This document shows, piece by piece, positions 44,559 to 57,887 of a stretch of DNA of 64,000 nucleotides (positions within the stretch are counted from its first letter, which is position 1; each line of letters opens with the position of its first letter). The notes beneath the pieces are model-generated. The model was not told where the DNA came from. It worked only from the letters and a program-made list of their open reading frames with translations, and did no database searches. The DNA is taken from contig OZ024746.1 of assembly GCA_964016885.1 (NCBI GenBank), positions 80,290,001 through 80,354,000 of the forward strand, written 5' to 3'. A program made the translations under genes and the position numbers. The DNA is from Eledone cirrhosa. Lineage: Eukaryota.

Positions 44559-44905
44559 AATTGTTTAATGTTTGTTTGTTCTACTCTTTTTGTATAGTTC
44601 TGGTATCTCACATAAGTGCCATTGAACACCAATTATATTATAGACACACTATATATCTGTATGGGTACTTAGTACTCAGAGAGATATTTACCTCATTTTA
44701 TGAATTCTCCTATCTATGTCGAGAAAAAAATTCGTTGCTGCTTACTGCTTTTATTTAGCAGAATAGCCATCAACGCGTCTGTAATACTCCCGCTCTTTCT
44801 AGTGGCCAGTTCATGTGTGGGCCATTTTAACGGCCTTACTCATACTAGCCGATAGTTGGCAATATATTTGCAGACTGTAGGACTAGTTCCTACTGTATGG
44901 AAATA

Positions 44906-44984
44906 GCTATCTGATGAATTTACTTTTCCGTTAGAAATTCTCCGAATCTCTAACCTTTTGTAAAGCGAAACCGCCGGTAATAGC
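44906..44984 (+). ncRNA. Type I hammerhead ribozyme motif
   Basis: gctat-CTGATGA-aTTTAC...GTAAAgc-GAAA-CC gcc GG-TA-atagc, inside (TA)n-flanked insert 44555-45068. Confidence 0.75.
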
Positions 44985-45068
44985 ATTATGAACGGGTAAA
45001 TATTTAAATCATTTTTTTTATTTTTTTAAAGAATTGTTTAATGTTTGTTTGTTCTGCTCTTCTTAATT

Positions 45069-45143
<75 letters not shown>

Positions 45144-45239
45144 GTGTATATACGTATTGTAAAGTACCAAGACTGAGTATTTGGGGATTTATTGCAAATA
45201 ATTTCCATATATTCAGCTTCTCCTGTTCCCATAAATAAG

Positions 45240-45295
<56 letters not shown>

Positions 45296-45309
45296 TATGT
45301 GTGTGTGTG

Positions 45310-45344
<35 letters not shown>

Positions 45345-45719
45345 GTTATGCGTGCGCGCGCGTGCATTTTTTTTTATATTGAAGTCTTTCAAGTTTATAT
45401 TATTTGTTTCAAACGAACAACCAGTATCATGATCATGACATCTATGAGTGTGTGTGTCTGTTTCTTTGCCTGTGTATGTATGTATATATGTATGTCTGTG
45501 TATGTATATGTGTGTGTATGTGTGTGTGTGTGTGCGGGTGTGTCCCTTGTTTGGGTTCGTCTTTCAACTTTCTGGAATCGATAAAATAGTACCAGTCAAG
45601 TACTACAGTCGATATAATCGACTGTAGCTCTCGCACGAAACTTCTTGACTTGTGTCTGCGTTAAGACTACATGTGTATGTCTGTGTGTATAACCCCGTGT
45701 GTGTCTGTGTGTATGTGTG

Positions 45720-45832
<113 letters not shown>

Positions 45833-46154
45833 TTTCAGAGCGAGTTAATACAATGAAATAAAAATTCAAGTCATTAGAAATATACTTCACTGCTTTACGA
45901 TCGTTTCTAGGTGATGCTAATACATCGTAACCATACTTCGTTATCGATCTATGTAAGGTTAGTTACAAAATATCAGATAAGGAAAATATTTATTTACATG
46001 TATAACACCAGCTGTTTACCGTGGATATCTCTGTATATATATATATATATATACAGTGTGTCCCATAAAATATATACACATTTTGATTACTTGTACATAC
46101 ATTTATGTATACATTTTGGAGGAAAAACCCTGTATGTATGTGCACATATATATA

Positions 46155-46291
46155 TGTGAGAAAAACCACAAACCCTCCATCTCAATTCTACTTTTGAAAA
46201 GCAGAAGAAATGCGAAACCGGTAAAGGAACCAAATAAATATATATTTTTATGAAAGAAGACTCCAGTTGCATTTTCGATTTCATCTTTTTT

Positions 46292-46296
<5 letters not shown>
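46155..46296 (+). mobile_element. Family B copy with U3-A8 hammerhead at 46191-46226
   Basis: ctt-TTGAAAA-GCAg aagaa aTGC-GAAA-CCGG-TA-aag; homologous to 15848-15991. Confidence 0.75.
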
Positions 46297-46345
<49 letters not shown>

Positions 46346-46480
46346 ATAATAATAAATGTGGAGACTAAATCTCGAAGAGGGCTCGATAAGGATAATATAT
46401 ATATATAGAAACATAAAACGTTAAGGGTGAAAGCAGCGATTCTTTGCCTAAACTTTAATTTTAATAAATATTTGCACTAC

Positions 46481-46543
<63 letters not shown>

Positions 46544-46567
46544 GCCTGCAGGCGAAGCCGATATTTT

Positions 46568-46632
46568 CAAGGCCGCTGCCCCAGCATGGCCTCAGCCTGA
46601 TGGCTGGAACAGGTAAAAGAGTAAAAGAGTAA
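46568..46632 (+). mobile_element. 3' end of another SINE family
   Basis: CAAGGCCGCTGCCCCAGCATGGCCTCAGCC...GGAACAGGTAAAAGAGTAAAAGAGT; inverted homolog at 49849-49909. Confidence 0.6.
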
Positions 46633-48299
46633 TATATATATATATATAATTTTTCCCTTCCTTGTGGTTCGTATATTTTCTGTTACCTTATTGCTATCAC
46701 CCTTTCTCTCTCCTTCACCTCTTGCCTTCCTAAACTCCTGCTGCTGGTCACTCACTCTCGGCTGGTCCTTCCTCCCACTTTCACTCACTCCCTCTCTGCT
46801 TCCCCCCCCCCTCACTTCCTCCCGTCTGTCCTGCTTGAATTTCTTTCCTCTCTCAATCTTGTCGCAGCTCGGGCGTGTCTATTTCTCCTCGTCAATTTGA
46901 TATGTCGGGCTTATGCCCACGTGATTCATTGACTTGTCGCTATTTTTCCTCTCTTTTCGTTGCATACCACCATGTGTTTGTTTCCTTCCCTCCGTTTTCC
47001 CACTGTTCCGATAACTTAATTGAGTTATCGCTCGCACTGATTTTAGGTATCTAGTCTTTAATGCGTCGAAATACCAACGATAAATCAGAAGACTACTGAA
47101 GAGGACATATCTTGTTGAGTTAACTTAACAATTGAGATGAAATGAATAAATAACATTAGAAATGTTAATAATCATGAGTGGAATATACATATATAATATG
47201 AGAAATTAACCATTGTTTAAATATGATTAGATGTTTAGTTAATCATTTAAAAATTGCGATCAATATATTAAAAATTGGGATCTATATATTAAGAAATCCA
47301 TATATTACTAGAGAACTATATATCATTTACCACGTATACACACGCAAAAATACATATAAATATATATACACACTTATAAAATACATATACATATCTAACT
47401 ACGTATATAATATATACACACAAAGCATAAAGGATTCTTTAATTTAATTTAAGATATAGGAATCTTATAAAATGTTATAATTGTTAAGATATTAAAGGAA
47501 ATTTTATGTTATACACACTTTATGTTATTAAACAAAATTTTTTTATATAAGTTTTATAAGATTACCTGTTATGTATTTATGGCTGTTATTATATGTCTAT
47601 CTGTCACGAAACTTGGGATAATCACTATACATAAGTGCAATCAAATTGTATGGATATACACGCATATGTATATACACAATTCCCACATATACATATATAT
47701 ATATGTACCCTCAACCAATAGGTAGATACGCATCACGTATACATATACATACAGATAGACATACATTCATAAAAACGCATAAAACATATGTATATGTATG
47801 TCAATACACACATATACATATATACTCACATATAGAGAGAAGTATATATAAATACAGTACATAGTATAATTGAGTACATAAAATACAAAAGAATTACATT
47901 ACAATTTGGAAATATAATTATAAGCAATATAACTTTAAAAACAATACAATTTTAAAATATTATAGAATATTTTAAGTTATAATTTCAAAATAATAGTATG
48001 TTTAATAGATTTAGTATAGAAATTTATTTTACGTATATTTAACTTAAAATTTTGAAAGGATAAACTTTCGAAAATAGGAGAAGCTATCAGAACAATAAAA
48101 AAAACAATAAAAAAAAATAAGAAATAAGAAATATTTTCTCCGTTCAAGAGCTCTCAATATATTTCTCTAGAATAGTTTATTATATTTATATTTATTTATA
48201 TTTAGGAAGAAAAGTTACTTGAGTCAAAAAAAGATGAAGGAATCTAATGATTTATCGACAGGTTCAATATATTAATAAAATTAATTAATTAATTATATA

Positions 48300-49223
48300 C
48301 TAAATTTTAAATTTATATTTATATTTAAACGTTGAGTTTAATATATGTCTGCAGCAATTGAATAAATTATTTCTTAAGTTCAGGGAATTTTTGGTCTTTA
48401 ATATAAAGAATATTTCCTCTATACAAAGATCGCAATTTTCTGAAGAGGAGTTAAAAGGGGTAGCTTTTGAAATAATATTCCAAATCAACGAATATTCAAC
48501 GTTCTTTAGTTTTAGGTCCCATAATAGGCTAGATAGATAAGTTGAAGATTTTTTGTTTGGATCTGTAAAAGAATTTTTATGATTATTGAAGCGGGATTTA
48601 AACTCTGTGGAAGTAGATCCCACATAATTAAATGAATTTAAATTAGTTTTTACATTACAATTATATACTACATTTTTAGCTAAGCAATTGTTATTTAACG
48701 GACAGTTAGATTTATTTCTACAGTTACATTTATCAAATTGAATATTGCTTGGGTTATTATTGGTATTTTGGTTAGGTTTTAAATTTCTATTATTAATTCT
48801 ATTAATATTTTGCGCTAAATTTTTGGTGGAAGAATAAGTTAATTTTATAGTATGTCTATTAAAAATTGAGTAATATGTATGTGTTCTAGGGAAGCATTTG
48901 TCAAGAGCTTTAAAAAATAGTTTAGCAATAGGGGTTTTAATATTTAATGAGAAAGGAGGAGCGAACCATAATATGTTCCTAGTTCTATTTCTTTTTCGGC
49001 TTTCGGAATTAATGTAAGGTTTTCTATTATAGTTGTTAAAATTGTTACCATAGTTAAAATTGTTAAGATTACGGTTAGTTGTTATATTATTATTATTATC
49101 GATGTATTTAATTTTATTTCTATACCCAGCTCTACCTAACGCTTCGTTGTAATAATGTGCTTTTTCATCAAATATATTCTTATTAGCTGAAATTATCGAA
49201 ATTCGTTCTTGTACAGAGTTCAC
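48300..49223 (-). CDS. Penelope-like element C-terminal ORF fragment with Cys linker and GIY-YIG endonuclease (5'-truncated, RT core absent)
   Basis: WFAPPFS...CNCRNKSNCPLNNNCLAKNVVYNCNV...YVGSTSTEFKSRFNNH...CDLCIEE...LN: VVY/YVG, R, H, E and N motifs of GIY-YIG; open for 307 codons but with no ATG start. Confidence 0.88.
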   Translation of the reverse strand: MNSVQERISIISANKNIFDEKAHYYNEALGRAGYRNKIKYIDNNNNITTNRNLNNFNYGNNFNNYNRKPYINSESRKRNRTRNILWFAPPFSLNIKTPIAKLFFKALDKCFPRTHTYYSIFNRHTIKLTYSSTKNLAQNINRINNRNLKPNQNTNNNPSNIQFDKCNCRNKSNCPLNNNCLAKNVVYNCNVKTNLNSFNYVGSTSTEFKSRFNNHKNSFTDPNKKSSTYLSSLLWDLKLKNVEYSLIWNIISKATPFNSSSENCDLCIEEIFFILKTKNSLNLRNNLFNCCRHILNSTFKYKYKFKI

Positions 49224-49383
49224 TATAGTTTTTTTTTTTTTATTATTTTAAAAATAAAAATATCCAATACTAATAATAATATAATTAAAGCTACAACTCC
49301 ACTATCCGGGAGCTTCCAACAGTAATATTGCATTTTTTAAGGGCATATCAATATTTATTTATAAAACTGATCTATATTATATT

Positions 49384-49575
49384 TTATCTGATGAAAGCAC
49401 ACCATAATTTAACTTGGTGTCCTTGAAATATGTATAATGAAATAAATATGGTTTTATAAATATAATTTCCATTTGTTAATATCGTATTTTTACTCCAAAT
49501 ATTTGTTGAGTGCCTTATATCAGTTATAAAAATATTTGCCTGTTGTATCCCAACAATTTAAATAGAACTTTTACA
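49384..49575 (+). mobile_element. Hammerhead-like motif (49384-49437) plus tail, head-to-head with the GIY-YIG ORF
   Basis: CTGATGA-AAGCACACCA...TGGTGTCCTT-GAAA-TATG-TA (stem I off by one base), then AATAAA and a tail with TTGAGTGCC homologous to 8390-8480 and 43519-43615. Confidence 0.65.
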
Positions 49576-49615
49576 CATATATATATATATATATATATAT
49601 GGATTTCGGTCTTTG

Positions 49616-49664
<49 letters not shown>

Positions 49665-49675
49665 ATTTCGGTCTT

Positions 49676-49712
<37 letters not shown>

Positions 49713-49808
49713 GGATTGGACACTACCGTAAACTCTTGGTAGATTTATCTACATATATATATATATATATATACAAAGACCGAAATCCAGAGTGGACTCG
49801 ATAATGGT

Positions 49809-49851
<43 letters not shown>

Positions 49852-50049
49852 TCTTTTACTCTATTACCTGTTCCCATCCGGCTGAGGCCATGGTGGGGCA
49901 CCGCCCTTGTATATATATATATATATATATATAAACTCGTAGAGCAAATATTTATTGTTTTCATGGATTATTTATTATTAGTTTCAGGTGACTACGCTTA
50001 GGGTGAAAGCAGAGATTGTTTGCTTAAACTTTTAATAATAAATAAATGA

Positions 50050-50140
<91 letters not shown>

Positions 50141-50784
50141 TTTTTCTGGGTCTAGAGTAAGGAACAGTTCGCAAGACTATTTCAAGCCCCTCCAAGTGCT
50201 ATGAGGTTTATACTATTGATGTTCAATTTAAATTATTGTACATTGACTCATGGAGAGAAAAAAAACATGTACTGGGAAACAGTTCCAAAGTACGAGGTTC
50301 TGATGGGGGAAGGACTGGGTTTAGTAATAAGGGCGGGATCTGAGATGTTGGACTCAGTATGGATAAGAGGAGTTAGAGAGGAGAATGTTGGGAATGCTTG
50401 AGTAGACGGGGTACAAGGTCAAACGGGTCTGGGGAGCAGGGACGGTATGAAAGACGAAGAGGAAAATGAGAGAGAGGGAGAAAAACAGATCATCCGTGGA
50501 CCGGAGGAAGGTGTGCGTCTGCCAGTGATGGTAATGATGGCGGTAAAAGATAATGGCTGGTGATGGTGGTGGTGGTGGTTGGGCTGTGGTAAACAATTTA
50601 GTCCTCGACACACAACAGATGCTTCTAATTGGTTTGGACAGAAACATTTTTCACTTCCAATATGTCTGACTATTGGAAAATTTTACCAGATACGGTCATC
50701 TGTTTGTGTATTTGTACATAATATATGTTTGTATGTTTATTTGCTGATGTGCAAAATGTGTATCCTTTCGACCACACACACGCA

Positions 50785-50831
<47 letters not shown>

Positions 50832-50833
50832 TG

Positions 50834-50870
<37 letters not shown>

Positions 50871-50963
50871 GTGTGTGTATATATATTTATATGTATATGT
50901 ATATCATACACACACACACGCATATGTATATATATATACATATATATTTATATATAATATATA

Positions 50964-51005
<42 letters not shown>

Positions 51006-51015
51006 ATAATATATA

Positions 51016-51075
<60 letters not shown>

Positions 51076-51661
51076 TCACAATGATAGAGAAATATTTTTA
51101 CATATATTGTACGTGTAATATAACTCACAGATGCATACACATACATGAGTATACATATTTACGTATATGTGCGTACATGTATTGCAGCAAACATACACAG
51201 ACACACTCCACGCCATTCATACAGTGACATCTCCTCATGTATATCGAATGCGATAACTCGTCCCTTATTCCACTTTTCTAGAAGACTAAATGTGTCAGCT
51301 TGCAAGCTCTTATATAAGCAGCAAAGACCATTGACATCAATCTTTCAGCATTTTCCTATTTCCCATCAAACCGATCACTTTTAGTTGTTTTTATGGTTGT
51401 TGATGTAACGTTCGTTATAGTTACTGTTGTTTTTAGTTGTTGTCGTTGTTGTTGTTGTTGTTACTATTACTGTGGTTCTTATTGTTGTTGTTGTATATAC
51501 TATTGTCCTTCCTCGTCGACATTATTGTCGTCAACGCTGGACTTCTTTTTCTTTCTGTTGTTTCCATTATTTTAGCCAATCTTTTTGCCTTTCAGTCATC
51601 TTTTATTTCATATTGTTCGACCATCTTTGTTTCATTATATATATATGTGTGTATATATATG

Positions 51662-51780
<119 letters not shown>

Positions 51781-51793
51781 TCATTCATACATA

Positions 51794-51863
<70 letters not shown>

Positions 51864-51941
51864 CAATCATACATATATATATATATATTCATTTATTCAT
51901 ATTCATATTTATATATATTCATATTCATATTCATATATATT

Positions 51942-52017
<76 letters not shown>

Positions 52018-52764
52018 CATATATAGATGCGTGCGTGTGATATACATATTTACACACATATTCATATATAAATATGTATATAGTATGTAATATGTTTATA
52101 TTACATATATATATATATATGTGTATGTGAATATATGTATGTGTGTGTTCTATCTTTTGTTATTTTATTTACTTTCATTTCTGAACTTTTTTTTTCTTCC
52201 TTCCTTTTTTTCTTTATCTTATGCGATTACCTAAAATAGTCGATTGAGCTTTAATATTGGGAACACTTGTGGAAAAAGCCCATGTCATCTCAGATAATAT
52301 AGCCGATTGGTTATTGATGTGTTTAAAGCGGTCTTCTTTCTCCTCCAGAACATCGTTATTGCTTTACCAAACATTTTAACAACCATTTTAGGTCATCCAT
52401 TCTCTTGTCCAACGATTCGATCTCACCAATATGGAAGAAAAAGAAAACCATTAAAGAAACCTACTCGACAATTTCAACTTATTTCCACTCTTTCACCACC
52501 ACCACCATCACCACAAACTCATTCACTTTATTCTCCTTTCCACTATCTACTCCTTTCTGTCTAGCTTTCATTTTCTCTTTCTTTCATTCAGATTCTTTTT
52601 TTTATCTTTTCCTTTTCTTCCATTTTTCTTGTTCACTCTATTGCGATAATACTTGCTAAATATTGGATCTCCCTCTATTCGACAAAGAATTGTTCCTGTT
52701 GTTCGAACAACGGAAAAGCCTGCACGTGAAATTAACGTGCAAGTGGCTGAACATTCATTTCATC

Positions 52765-53078
52765 TCATCGCTTTACGGGGTCGATAAAATAAAGTACCAG
52801 TAATGCGCTGCGGTCGATTCTCTCACCAAACAATTGTTGGCCTTGTGTCTAAATCAGAAACCATTATTATTATTGTTGGACGGTGGATTGGCAGTATCAG
52901 TAAAGCGTCAGACATCATGCTTTTGTAGCATAGAGTTATTGCCCTTTACGTCCTGAGTTCAAATCCTCCCGAAGTTAGCTTTGCCTTTCATACTTACAGA
53001 GTCGATAAAATAAAGTACCAGTAATACACTGAGATGATTGCTGGCCTTGTGCCAAAAGTAGAAACAATTATTATTATT
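52765..53078 (+). mobile_element. Two tandem SINE copies
   Basis: Partial unit ~52765-52875 and full unit 52878-53078. Confidence 0.85.
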
Positions 53079-53812
53079 GTTGTGACTATTACCATTACCA
53101 TCACTTATCTTTGCTTTCATCTTATTGCTTTACCCACACAAACTATCTGGCAATTTAAATTAGAATCTCACATATACCCAGCAAATATAATTTACGACTG
53201 ATAAAATGCAGAAATGGATGACCACCGTCCTAGCCTGGCGCCACCAATTGATAACGCGTACCATCTGAGAAATATGAGTGGACGGACCGAGATTACCCTA
53301 AGTGTCAACAAGTGTCAACAAGACCATTAATCAAGAAGAGAATATTGAGAGGGTGACAAAAAAAAAAAAGATTGGACTAATAGGAACCACCTCCAAATAC
53401 AGACCAAAAAGTAACCACGCCCTAAGAGATGTGAACAAGAAAAACATCTCTGGGTAATCCCATATGCTAGCTGAGCAATGAAGAAAGAAGACCTAAGCCA
53501 GCGGATATACCGAATAAGAATTTACATCCATAATGTTTATGTAAGAAAAAGACTGTCTGATGAAATCATATCTGAGGATTACATAGCAAATACCATCGAA
53601 ATATGTATAACAGTGATTAAATAATAAATAGAATGTAGGAAAATTCAAACATACTGTCTTCTAATTTATTTATATACTAATACTGCACCGTACTAGGTGA
53701 TGGTATGAGAACAGTAGAGCTACATACGACGTCGAGCTCTCAATACTGCGTTCACAGGTATTATTAATCTATACTGGAAAACTAATAACGGATTTATTAA
53801 CACGGTATTACC

Positions 53813-53850
<38 letters not shown>

Positions 53851-53856
<6 letters not shown>

Positions 53857-54252
53857 AACGAGTAGGACCCCGATGGCTGAGCTCAAGCCGTTTCGACGGC
53901 TAATTCTGGACTAAATGAAAATTTTTATCCTGGTACATGAATAACCGAGCTTCTCAGGGGGTAATTCCATATATGGTAAAAGTGATTGCCATGATAGAAT
54001 TATGTGTCTCAACAACAAAATTTTGACCAATCCTTGTGACAATCACTTTTACCATATATGGAATTACCCCTTGAGAAGCTCGGCTATTCACGTACCAGGA
54101 TAAAAATGTTCATTTAGTCCAGAATTAGCCGTCGAAACGGCTTGAGCTCAGCCGTCGGGGTCCTACTCGTTCCTATTACCCACTCTACTATGCTAAGTAT
54201 TGAGTACTTTGGTGCGTTTTGGTCCATCTGGTTCCTTACCACATTTCCTTCG

Positions 54253-54256
<4 letters not shown>
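53851..54256 (+). mobile_element. Fold-back element family A, longest copy, with complete hammerhead at 54067-54160
   Basis: Arms 53852-53991 and 54038-54175; cccc-TTGAGAA-..CGGCTATTC...GAATTAGCCG..-GAAA-CGGCT tgagctc AGCCG-TC-gggg; tail with TTGAGTACTT. Confidence 0.85.
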
Positions 54257-54314
<58 letters not shown>

Positions 54315-54316
<2 letters not shown>

Positions 54317-54704
54317 AAAATTAAGATAAATTAAATGAATTTAATCTAAATCAAAATTATGGGTGTCATGCCAGAAAGGCATGCGCCATATCACCCGTAA
54401 AATAAGCTCCAATGAATAGGTCCGAGCATTTTATAACAACTAGAAATTGATTAACATATAAATAAACATATGAAACAATCACAAGTATCGGCCTCCGTGG
54501 TTTACCATTCGATTAATTGGTGAAATATATTTCTTTAATGGAATATATACAGGGAAGATTAATCATATTATAAGGTATCTATTTTTGAAGTTCTAGTTAA
54601 CTTTATTTAGTTACCTACCTAGCTATGTGTGCCTACACACTTGTAAAAATTATCCCCTGTGATTGTTTCATATGTTTATTTATATGTTAATCAATTTCTA
54701 GTTG

Positions 54705-54708
<4 letters not shown>
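54315..54708 (-). mobile_element. Fold-back element (52-bp arms plus tail) in (TA)n
   Basis: 54432-54483 is the reverse complement of 54658-54708; unique tail 54315-54431. Confidence 0.7.
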
Positions 54709-54749
<41 letters not shown>

Positions 54750-54969
54750 GGTAATACCGTGTTAATAAATCCGTTATTAGTTTTCCAGTATATATATATA
54801 TATAAACGGAAAAAATGAAACGAAATTTCATTTCCCACTCTTAGTACGGCTGTTACTTAAATATAAGTATGTACACGTACATACATATATGTATACAGAC
54901 GTACAGTAGTATGTATATATATATACATACATGCACACATATATATATGTACGTATGGATTCACCATAG

Positions 54970-55120
54970 AAAATATTCATTGTGTATCGACCCGTTACGC
55001 GCGTTTCGCAGAGGATTGGCTCAGGGTCACCCATAGAAGTTATGACCCATATTTCCTATAGGTGACCCTGAGCCAATCCTCTGCGAAACTCGCCTAACAG
55101 GTCGATACACAATGAAAATT
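54970..55120. repeat. ~65-bp-arm hairpin containing a 3' half-hammerhead
   Basis: Arms 54972-55038 and 55054-55120; the left arm on the minus strand reads GC-GAAA-CGCGCG-TA. Confidence 0.7.
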
Positions 55121-55512
55121 TAAATACATCTAAACAAAACTTCATCGTTTTTTAATACACACACACACACACACACATGTACATATATATATATACATGC
55201 ATACATAGACACGCCATACATAGAAATATATATGTTTGTGTATGTGTCTATGTATGTCTGTGTGTATGTATGTATAGAGAATGACGTAGTAGTTTTCTGT
55301 TATTCATTTGTATACCAATGGCGTGTGTCATTGCATGTGTATTGATTCGTCTAAGTACTTGTACTTAAGTATTATATGCGTCTCTCTTTGTAGTATTGTA
55401 CTTATTTACTTTTCTCTAATTTGTCTATTTGTCTGTTTCTTTTTTCTTTCTCATGTTCTCACGCACATTGCATCTTACCGCTCTCTCCTCCCTCTCTCTC
55501 TCTCTCTCTCTC

Positions 55513-55555
<43 letters not shown>

Positions 55556-55706
55556 ATATATATATATAGAGAGAGAGAGGAGAGAGAGGGGTAGATAACT
55601 AGATAGTTAGATATATAGATAGATATCTTTCTTGTAATATTTAACTTTCATATTATGTTCTCCTTTTCATCGCATGAATACATGTATATACTTGTATATA
55701 CTGGAG

Positions 55707-55762
<56 letters not shown>

Positions 55763-55765
<3 letters not shown>

Positions 55766-56811
55766 CGTTTCTGAATTTGTTTAGCAAGATCCTTTATCTG
55801 AAAACGTGTGTTGAAACCGATATTGTTATACTTTGGGAGGGTCATGTTGCCAATAAGAAACACACGCACCAGTTGCTTTCACTTCAATTTATTATAATAT
55901 CTTTATCTTTGAGTTTATGTTTATCTTTATCTTTACAAGGGCCCTAGATAAACATAAACTCAATATTAAGATAGTAGAAAGACCAGGTACCTCCATAAAA
56001 ACACTTATTAGCAAGAATACCCTTTTCAAAGACGCCCCTGTATAGATAAGAAATGTATAACCTGTAAATTAAGCCCCCATATTAACTGTAAAACTAGAAA
56101 TGTAGTATATAGCATAAGATGTACTGAAGGACAATGTAGAGATAAAAATATAGTGTACATAGGTGAGACAGCTCGTAGTGTAGGGGAACGGATAAATGAA
56201 CACTGGCGAGACCTTCAAGATAATAAAGAATCATCTGTACTCTACCAACATACTAAAATAGAACATAAGTGTAAATTAGAGAACATAGAAATAAAAATAG
56301 AATCTACACACAGAAAAGACGCAATGTTAGACAAATCACAGAGGCAATAAACATAAAAGAATTACAACCAAAATTAAATAGAAAACATGGATGGAACAGC
56401 AACATCACAACTTACAATTAAGGACAAAATGAAAACACACAGACACATAGAACAAACAACCAACCAGTAACATATAAATAAACAAATAAATAAACGAATA
56501 TAAACACACACAGACACCCGGATTTGGCGCATGCGCAGACTGAGCACACAACACACACACAGAAACAAGATGGCGTAGAACAGAACAAAGGAGAGGCACA
56601 AAAACAAAGAAAAGAATCCCCAGTCACTGAAGAGGTCACAGAATGTGTGACGAAAGAACTTTGACAATATATAAACAACCATCTTGTTGTGGAACCAACC
56701 AACCAACCGGAAATTTATAAATTCCTAAATTTATAAATTTATTATAATAAATTGAAGTGAAAGCAACTGGTGCATGTGTTTCTTATTGGCAACATGACCC
56801 TCCCAAAGTAT

Positions 56812-56820
<9 letters not shown>
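55763..56820 (+). mobile_element. Truncated Penelope-like element: inverted tail/pLTR, GIY-YIG fragment, pLTR with hammerhead (56623-56665), in (TA)n
   Basis: Frameshifted ...NCKTRNVVYSIRC...YIGETARSVGERINEH... at ~55940-56400; inverted repeat 55820-55898 versus 56741-56818; gtca-CTGAAGA-gGTCACA gaatg TGTGAC-GAAA-gaac-TT-tgac. Confidence 0.88.
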
Positions 56821-56847
<27 letters not shown>

Positions 56848-56852
56848 ACACA

Positions 56853-56972
<120 letters not shown>

Positions 56973-56975
56973 GGT

Positions 56976-57118
56976 GTAACCGAGAATCGTTTTCTGAAGA
57001 GGATCGGGCACAAATAATTAACTAAGGTACTCAATATATAAGTATTTATTTTATATAGAAATGATTTCTACAGGACTAAAACTGTTTCATTCGTTCAAAA
57101 TTATTAGGAATGTCAGAT
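56976..57118 (-). mobile_element. PLE-type end with decayed hammerhead (57066-57110), same family as 3779-4002
   Basis: Minus strand reads ttc-CTAATAA-...-GAAA-CAG ttttagtc CTG-TA-gaa; tail has TTGAGTACC. Confidence 0.6.
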
Positions 57119-57887
57119 AAGGTTGGTCAGGTGCTGTATTTATTGGAGGAAGAAGAAGTAGAAGGGAAAGGCAAAGTCCAGTGCAGCTTGGCACCAGTGT
57201 CATTGTATCTCACTTTTTTCTAATAGAATGGACTGAAGCAACGTAAAATAAGGTGTCGAGCTGAAGGTCACAACACGCTATCTGGTTCGACCATACGATC
57301 GTGAGCCGAGCACGCTGACCACTAAGCCACGGTCCTTCACGACCAGACAGAGAGCTGTAATAAGCCACATGGTTGTGTCTCAACATTGGTGCGGTTTTAT
57401 GGTTGACACTAGTAAAGCCAATATTTGTCACTTGATCGAAAGACACAATCATTAATGCTTAGAGATATCTATCGATGGGTTCCCAGCCATATTTATGTCC
57501 AGATGAGATCAATAAGTTCCAGTTTCTCTTCTAGCCATACATCTAATTCAGGTTGAACATACGATTAAGTTTTAACAAGCCATCTGTCAACGTCCTTGTA
57601 TTTCCGCTAGACTGAGTTAAATGTCTTGACTAAGAACATCTGGTCCTTCAGTCGTTTTGTCGATATATTTGTATGTATGTGTGTATATATATATCTTATA
57701 TATGAATATATAACCTATTTATTTTATCGACCAACATATTTTTCTAATCGCTAAGTTAAGGGATATAAAAGTACCGGAGTTAACATGCATATAAACATAC
57801 ATACATGCATACATGCATATATACATGCATACATGCATGAAAACATACATACATACACATATATACATATATACATACATACACACA

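Noticed and set aside
46890-47125. Hammerhead candidates (GGGCTTATGCCC; CTGAAGAGGACA)
   Set aside because: Core elements (CUGANGA or GAAA) are missing, so they are too decayed to call.
48300-49223. Selenocysteine recoding as in some Naiad PLEs
   Set aside because: There is no in-frame TGA in the fragment and I recognised no SECIS element.
56988-57010. Plus-strand CTGAAGAGGATCGG hammerhead
   Set aside because: No downstream stem II/GAAA fits; it lies in the tail of a minus-strand element.
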